Source: an archaeon
GTDB taxonomy: Archaea > Methanobacteriota_B > Thermococci > Methanofastidiosales > NM3
Assembly: GCA_004212155.1 (NCBI GenBank)
Contig: RXIG01000004.1
Coordinates: forward strand, 19,855 to 83,854
Length of the DNA stretch: 64,000 nt
Direction: 5' to 3'
Made by a program: the position numbers and the translations under genes. Numbering within the stretch: position 1 is the first letter of the stretch; every line of letters begins with the position of its first letter. Positions 58,564 to 64,000 of the stretch are shown here, piece by piece. The notes under the pieces are model-generated. The model did no database searches, was not told the origin of the DNA, and worked only from the letters and a program-made list of their open reading frames with translations.

Positions 58564-59526
58564 ATGGAATCGAAGGTCTATGTGTCACAGTTACGGGAGG
58601 GCATGGCCATCGACTCGTACTTCGTGGTCGCCGAAAAAGAGCTTCTCGACTTCAAGACCAAACCAGGCCGCTATCTGCAGGTCAAGTTCAAGGATCGGAC
58701 CGGCGACATATGGGGCAAGTGCTGGGACGAGGCTGTCGAGACGGCGGAGCTTTTCGAGGTGGGCGATGTCGTGCGTGTTCGGGGCGACATCTCATCCTAC
58801 AGCGGGCGACTCCAGCTCCTCTTCACGCGAAAGGGCGTCTCACGTGAGGAATCTTACGATATCAAGCATTTCATTGAGAGCACGCCTGCAGATGTCGATG
58901 CGCTCTATGCACAGCTTCATACCATCTGCTCGTCGTTTTCGAATGAACACCTCCGAGCGCTCTTGCTCTCATACTTTGACGACCCTGCATTCCAGGAGGC
59001 GTTCAAACAGGCCCCTGGGGCCAAGTCGCACCACCATAACTACTTGGGCGGATTGATCGAACACACACATTCCGTGACGTTCATTTGCAGGACGATGGCA
59101 AAGCTCTATCCCTCACTTGACAAGGAACTCCTCCTTGCCGGCGCACTGCTCCATGATGTGGGCAAGCTGAAAAGCTATGATGTTGGCGTCCTCATCGACA
59201 TCACGCCGGAAGGCGGCCTTTTCGACCACGTCGTGCTTAGCTACGAATGGATCAATGCATCCATTGATGCGATTGACGGGTTCCCACGCGAGCTCTCGCG
59301 GCGTCTCCTTCACATCATCCTCTCGCATCACGGCCATCGAGAGTGGGGTTCACCTGTTGAACCGATGATCCCCGAAGCGTCAGTGCTGGCTCATGCAGAC
59401 CTGCTCGATTCGCAGACCAGCGAGTTCCTCAAGGTCATGAAAGAGCTTTCGCAGGACACGTTCACCGCCTGGAGCGGCTATTCGCGCAGATTGGGCAAGT
59501 ACATATATCTGGGTGAGGGAGAGTGA
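58564..59526 (+). CDS. YhaM-like 3'-5' exoribonuclease (OB fold plus HD domain)
   Basis: N-terminal OB (L...DRTG.I), APGAKSHHHNYLGGLIEHT, LLHDVGK, HIILSHHG..EWGSP. Confidence 0.9.
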   Translation: MESKVYVSQLREGMAIDSYFVVAEKELLDFKTKPGRYLQVKFKDRTGDIWGKCWDEAVETAELFEVGDVVRVRGDISSYSGRLQLLFTRKGVSREESYDIKHFIESTPADVDALYAQLHTICSSFSNEHLRALLLSYFDDPAFQEAFKQAPGAKSHHHNYLGGLIEHTHSVTFICRTMAKLYPSLDKELLLAGALLHDVGKLKSYDVGVLIDITPEGGLFDHVVLSYEWINASIDAIDGFPRELSRRLLHIILSHHGHREWGSPVEPMIPEASVLAHADLLDSQTSEFLKVMKELSQDTFTAWSGYSRRLGKYIYLGEGE

Positions 59527-59882
59527 ACTTCGACTTCAAGCTCGTCGTTGCCGTGCGCCGAGACCTTAAGCTTTCAAAGGGCAAGATGGCTGCACAGGTC
59601 GCACATGCTGCAGTGATGTGTGCTACGAAGTCACGCTCGAGTCATCCCGAATGGTATCGCAGGTGGATAGGCGAGGGCCAAAAGAAGGTCGTCGTCTACG
59701 TGGATACCACAGAGGATCTGCTGGCCACCTACAATGCAGCCCTCTCCGCTAAGCTTCCCGCTACCCTCGTACGCGATGCAGGGCATACCGAGATACCGGC
59801 AGGAACGCTCACCGTGGCAGGCATAGGTCCTGGCCCCGAAGAAAAGGTCGATGAGATCACTGGGCATTTGAAGCTTGTATGA
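59523..59882 (+). CDS. pth2: Peptidyl-tRNA hydrolase Pth2
   Basis: RRDLKLSKGKMAAQVAHA, GQKKVV, DAGHTE, GIGP, TGHLKL. Confidence 0.96.
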   Translation: MNFDFKLVVAVRRDLKLSKGKMAAQVAHAAVMCATKSRSSHPEWYRRWIGEGQKKVVVYVDTTEDLLATYNAALSAKLPATLVRDAGHTEIPAGTLTVAGIGPGPEEKVDEITGHLKLV

Positions 59883-59992
59883 CGGGGGCACGGACCCCAA
59901 TCCCCCTTGCAAGGGCTAGAATTCAGGATTTGGTCCGCTTTTTTCTTTTAGCATAGCAATCTTTTTAAATTTGCCAATCTTCTTCTTTCATA

Positions 59993-60883
59993 ATGAGAGC
60001 TATAATGGGTCCATCTTCTGATATATTGGAAAAGTTGGCAAAAGATTTGGAAATACCGTATGTACCTCTTGAAATGCGCATGTTCCCTGATGGAGAGGTA
60101 TGTCCCCGGATCACGAACGTAGAGGATTACGACCGGGTCTACCTGTTCAATCGTGCCGATTACAGAACGTTTGACCCAAATAGGTATCTCATCGAGTTCT
60201 ACCTCATGGCAAAGACGCTTGAGGATATGGACATAAAACGTATCGAGATCATCATGCCCTACTTGCCGTATGGTCGTCAGGACAAAGTGTTTCGCCTCGG
60301 TGAACCATTCTCATTACAATACATCTTGGAGTTCTTTGCACAAAGTGGTGTTTCCAGGATGTATACGCTTATGGCACACATCACGCGCCTATCGGAGATA
60401 ATGGACATTACCAAGGGTATGCGTGTTATCAATATCAGCGTCGTCGATGCGATCGTCTCCTACGTCCGCAGGCTCAATCTCGATAACCCTTACGTCATCG
60501 GCCCTGATACGGAAAGCGAGAAGTGGGCAGACGCCCTCTCTCACAAGCTCGATGCCGAGTACACGGTCCTCGACAAGACGCGCGACATCAACACCGGCGA
60601 GGTGAGGACGAAGGGCCCACTGCCAAACCTCACTGGCAGGCAAGTGGTCATCATCGATGATATCGTCTCCACGGGCAAGACTATCGAGAACGCCGTGAAA
60701 CTTATCCGGGAGAAGCGTCCCGACTCCATTCACGTCGTTGTCGTTCATGGCATCTTCTCGGGAAATGCGATAGACAGGCTCTCCAAGTACGATATCAACA
60801 TTGCGACATCAAACACCATATATAATCCGTTCTCGACCATCTGTGTCGAGGACCTCATCACGAGAGCGATCAAGAAGTGGTAG
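59993..60883 (+). CDS. prs: Ribose-phosphate pyrophosphokinase
   Basis: FPDGE, PYLPYGRQDK, GPD, IIDDIVSTGKT, VHG. Confidence 0.92.
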   Translation: MRAIMGPSSDILEKLAKDLEIPYVPLEMRMFPDGEVCPRITNVEDYDRVYLFNRADYRTFDPNRYLIEFYLMAKTLEDMDIKRIEIIMPYLPYGRQDKVFRLGEPFSLQYILEFFAQSGVSRMYTLMAHITRLSEIMDITKGMRVINISVVDAIVSYVRRLNLDNPYVIGPDTESEKWADALSHKLDAEYTVLDKTRDINTGEVRTKGPLPNLTGRQVVIIDDIVSTGKTIENAVKLIREKRPDSIHVVVVHGIFSGNAIDRLSKYDINIATSNTIYNPFSTICVEDLITRAIKKW

Positions 60884-60884
60884 C

Positions 60885-61991
60885 ATGGACACGACAGAAA
60901 AGATTGCGATGGTAAAGCGACCCCCTACGGAAGAAGTGCTTACTACGGCAGACCTCAAGACCTTCTTTGACGAGGGCAGGCACATACGCCACTACATTGG
61001 ATTCGAGATCTCGGGCCTCATCCATTTAGGGACGGGGCTTATGACGGGTGCAAAGATCGCCGACTTCCAGAAGGCGGGCATCGATTGCAGCGTATTCTTG
61101 GCAGATTGGCATGCATGGATCAACAACAAGTTCGGAGGAGATATGGAGACCATACAGCGGGTCGCCGTCGGCTATTTCAAGGAGGGGCTTGCCGTGTCGA
61201 TCGCCGCCATGGGCGGAGACCCCGATAAGGTGCGATTCGTGATGGGCTCCGAGCTCTACCGTGATAGCGAGAGCTACTGGACAAACGTCATCAACATCTC
61301 GAAGAATCTTACCCTCGCTCGCGTTCGAAAGTCGATCACCATCATGGGCAGACAGCAGGCGGAGGACGTCAACTTCGCCCAGCTCATCTATCCCCCTATG
61401 CAGGTGGCAGACATATTCGAACAAGACCTCTCGCTCGTGCATTCGGGCATGGACCAGCGCAAGGCGCATGTCATCGCCCGCGAGGTAGCCCCAAAGCTGG
61501 GGAGGGAGAAACCCGTAGCGGTGCACCATCGCCTTCTCCTCGGCCTCAATCAACCACCCATATGGCCTGTCGAGAAGGAAAAGCTTCGCGAGCTTTGGTC
61601 GCAGATGAAGATGAGCAAATCGATACCAAAGTCTGCGGTCTTCATCCATGATTCTCCCGAGGAGATACACGACAAGCTCAAGCAGGCGTTTTGCCCTGCT
61701 CAGAACACGGACTTCAATCCCGTGCTTGACTGGGCAAAGACGATCCTTTTCAGGGACGGCGAGTCCGAGTTCGTCGTACACCGCCCGAAGAAGTTTGGTG
61801 GCGATATCACATTCTACGATTACGATTCACTCGAGACAGCGTTTGCAGAGGGGGACCTCCACCCACTCGACCTCAAGACCGCCGTTGCCGAGCGTCTCGT
61901 CGACCTTCTAGCGCCCGCCCGCGACCACTTCTCGAAACCGAAGTACGCCAAGATGCTTGAAGAACTCAAGGTAATAAAGGTCACGAGGTGA
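60885..61991 (+). CDS. tyrS: Tyrosine--tRNA ligase (archaeal)
   Basis: YIGFEISG.IHLG, LADWHA, YPPMQVAD, GMDQRK, KMSKS, LHPLDLK; start ATG 60885. Confidence 0.96.
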   Translation: MDTTEKIAMVKRPPTEEVLTTADLKTFFDEGRHIRHYIGFEISGLIHLGTGLMTGAKIADFQKAGIDCSVFLADWHAWINNKFGGDMETIQRVAVGYFKEGLAVSIAAMGGDPDKVRFVMGSELYRDSESYWTNVINISKNLTLARVRKSITIMGRQQAEDVNFAQLIYPPMQVADIFEQDLSLVHSGMDQRKAHVIAREVAPKLGREKPVAVHHRLLLGLNQPPIWPVEKEKLRELWSQMKMSKSIPKSAVFIHDSPEEIHDKLKQAFCPAQNTDFNPVLDWAKTILFRDGESEFVVHRPKKFGGDITFYDYDSLETAFAEGDLHPLDLKTAVAERLVDLLAPARDHFSKPKYAKMLEELKVIKVTR

Positions 61992-61995
61992 TGCA

Positions 61996-62307
61996 ATGGG
62001 CCACGGCGACGACATGGTTATATGGCTTGCTAACATCGATGCAGCGCGTTCGCGTTCCGAGGGTCGCAAACTTGCCAAGGGTGTCTCCCTCAAAGGGCCC
62101 CAGCTCAAGGAGCTCTCGAAGGCGGCCCACAACATCGGTCTGCAGTCACAGCGGGAGTCTGAGAAAAAATATCCCAAGGATCGGGCAAACACCGACGCTC
62201 CACTCGACGGCCGCATAACCGTCACAAAGAAGTACTCGAAGTCGAAGACGCTTAAGTTGCTGGCTGACGAGGTCAGGCGCCTTCGTAAAGAGAAGAGTGA
62301 TCAGTGA
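61996..62307 (+). CDS. srp19: Signal recognition particle protein Srp19
   Basis: VIW..NID...SRSEGRK, KKYP, GRI.V, K...LK.LA. Confidence 0.9.
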   Translation: MGHGDDMVIWLANIDAARSRSEGRKLAKGVSLKGPQLKELSKAAHNIGLQSQRESEKKYPKDRANTDAPLDGRITVTKKYSKSKTLKLLADEVRRLRKEKSDQ

Positions 62308-62995
62308 ATCCTTTCTTTTTCGCAATATACCATACTATCTTGTAGATGGCGGCTACAAATATCACACTGATTATCGCATCGATGAGGTAATGGTCGCCCG
62401 TATAGACGATGACGACTGTCATGATGATGGTATTAGCAACATAGAGTGTCGCCGTCTTCCTCCATCGCTCTATGATCGATATCAGCGCCCCTAACGACGA
62501 TATGAATATGTGTCCCGACGGTATTGCAGAATAGTGGGCCGTTATTGTTTTTTCCGACCAGGCAAAGTACTCTATGCGGATGGGGACTACCTCAAGCTCC
62601 TCCACGCGTATGGGTGGTGCCACCGGGTATGTCACGTATATGATGCTGTCGATGATGAAGATGAAGATGCCTATTGACATGTAGACCCATGGGGGCCGAT
62701 TCTTTGAGAAGAAGAACAGCGGCCCCAAAAGGGCGGTTATCACGAGGTGTGGGATGACGTAGTAATACGCGGCGAACCGTGCAATTGGCCCCTCTGTTCC
62801 AAGAAGGTCTTGCAGCACTATCGTGAACGTGGCAGGAAACGTGTGTGGATTCATCGTTTCCTCGAGTGGTAGGAATCTCAGACCCTCATATATTATGGGT
62901 ACGAACACGGCTATTGCAAGGAAAACGATGTTTAGCTTGTTTGAGGTAAATCGTTTAAACTGCCGCTTCACTATTTCCTTTGCGTGCGTGTTCAT
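62273..62995 (-). CDS. PAP2_3 / Aur1-like integral membrane phosphotransferase
   Basis: Multiple TMs; YPVAPP, AIPSGH, GDHYLID motifs. Confidence 0.75.
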   Translation of the reverse strand: MNTHAKEIVKRQFKRFTSNKLNIVFLAIAVFVPIIYEGLRFLPLEETMNPHTFPATFTIVLQDLLGTEGPIARFAAYYYVIPHLVITALLGPLFFFSKNRPPWVYMSIGIFIFIIDSIIYVTYPVAPPIRVEELEVVPIRIEYFAWSEKTITAHYSAIPSGHIFISSLGALISIIERWRKTATLYVANTIIMTVVIVYTGDHYLIDAIISVIFVAAIYKIVWYIAKKKGFTDHSSLYEGA

Positions 62996-63087
62996 GGTGG
63001 TAGATACATTATGATTTCACTTATTTAAAAGTATATTATATGTTTTCGTATGGGATATTTTTTTATTCTTGCCGCCGTTGTCTATGT

Positions 63088-63732
63088 ATGGACCTGCATG
63101 GGCCCGGCATCTGTACGTGGTATGCGATTCCGCTGTTTGGCATCTTTGTTGCCTTCTCACTTATTGTCCATTGTGGTGTTGAGGGTATCGAGACAGTTGA
63201 TGGCGCGTGGCGCGATGTCATGGCATCCATCGCCTCAGCCCCTCTTACCGATGTCATGAACCTCATATCGCTCATCGGGTCGACCGCCTTCGTATATAGT
63301 GTTTCGTTGATCCTCTTCGTACACATGTGGAAGTCCCGTATGAAGGAATCTATCGTGTCGTTCTTTTCCATGTTAGTCACTGCAAGCCTTGCCGTCAATG
63401 CCATGAAGTATGCGTTCAGGATTCCTCGCCCTCCAGACGGTCTGTTGCATGTGAGCGGGTATTCATATCCCAGTGGGCACGTCGTCCTAACGACAGTGTT
63501 TTATTTTGGACTTGCCTACGCCCTCTACAAGTGGGGCCGTATTTCGAAGGTCACGTCCTTCCTTTTTGCCACCTTCGTGTCGCTTGCAATGGGTCTCTCC
63601 CGGACGTATCTGTCGGTCCATTACCTCTCCGATGTCATAGGGGGATATCTCCTCGCACTTGGCGTCGTTGCAGTGTTTTTCTCATGGCTATCGCGCTCGT
63701 TCTCGCGGCGCGATACGCCTAACACCAGATAA
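63088..63732 (+). CDS. PAP2-family lipid phosphate phosphatase
   Basis: C1 KYAFRIPRP, C2 YPSGH, C3 SRTYLSVHYLSD; start uncertain (63040 or 63088). Confidence 0.9.
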   Translation: MDLHGPGICTWYAIPLFGIFVAFSLIVHCGVEGIETVDGAWRDVMASIASAPLTDVMNLISLIGSTAFVYSVSLILFVHMWKSRMKESIVSFFSMLVTASLAVNAMKYAFRIPRPPDGLLHVSGYSYPSGHVVLTTVFYFGLAYALYKWGRISKVTSFLFATFVSLAMGLSRTYLSVHYLSDVIGGYLLALGVVAVFFSWLSRSFSRRDTPNTR

Positions 63733-64000
63733 TCGCAGTGTCATTCATCCACCCTTAATTCGTTTTGCTCCCCAACTTGTCTTATTTTTCTTCTTTGGGA
63801 TGCTGCATTGTCTTATGTGCCGCCCTTCCACGGTCATAAACTGTGTGCTCGTGACGCATATGCACGTTATTGTGTCCCCTCTCGCCGTTACCGAAACCTT
63901 TTTATACCCAACTAGTTACCTCAATAGTGCACGAAATGTGCGAGTGTGCAATAATTTTACACACTGGCGCACCTATGTGTTATAGGTGCCGACCCCGGCA

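Noticed and set aside
63969-63989. 8-bp inverted repeat GCACCTAT-N5-ATAGGTGC at the window end
   Set aside because: Single copy with the downstream context cut off; cannot be interpreted.
1-64000. Selenocysteine/pyrrolysine read-through, CRISPR arrays, IS elements, proviral genes
   Set aside because: Recognised genes appear full length without in-frame stops; no spaced repeats, transposase or integrase motifs were seen by eye.

Overview
Gene-dense archaeal (euryarchaeal) chromosomal segment of about 60 mostly housekeeping genes. Archaeal markers include a histone, LonB, thermosome, 20S proteasome, TiaS, TrmY, Cgi121, SRP19, Pth2 and cdrS-ftsZ2. Gene content is compatible with a Thermococci-related lineage such as Methanofastidiosa or Theionarchaea, but that placement is inference only. 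I found no rRNA, tRNA, CRISPR array, integrase or transposase. Main items for follow-up: (1) a thermosome-beta-alpha proteasome cluster whose beta subunit lacks the Ser129/Asp166 equivalents and whose alpha subunit has an altered YDR gate motif, possibly a second, non-canonical proteasome; (2) an actin-fold (MreB/MamK/salactin-like) gene beside a PRC-barrel/coiled-coil gene; (3) a secreted beta-rich protein plus membrane-anchored partner resembling WxL/DUF916 or donor-strand fibre systems; (4) a shared C-terminal anchor motif on surface proteins; (5) an ACG where the glmU start codon is expected; (6) a pseudo-peptidase; (7) a nucleoside-catabolism operon with a 6-oxopurine-type phosphorylase; (8) several structured intergenic regions. 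All calls come from motif recognition by eye; no database searches were run.
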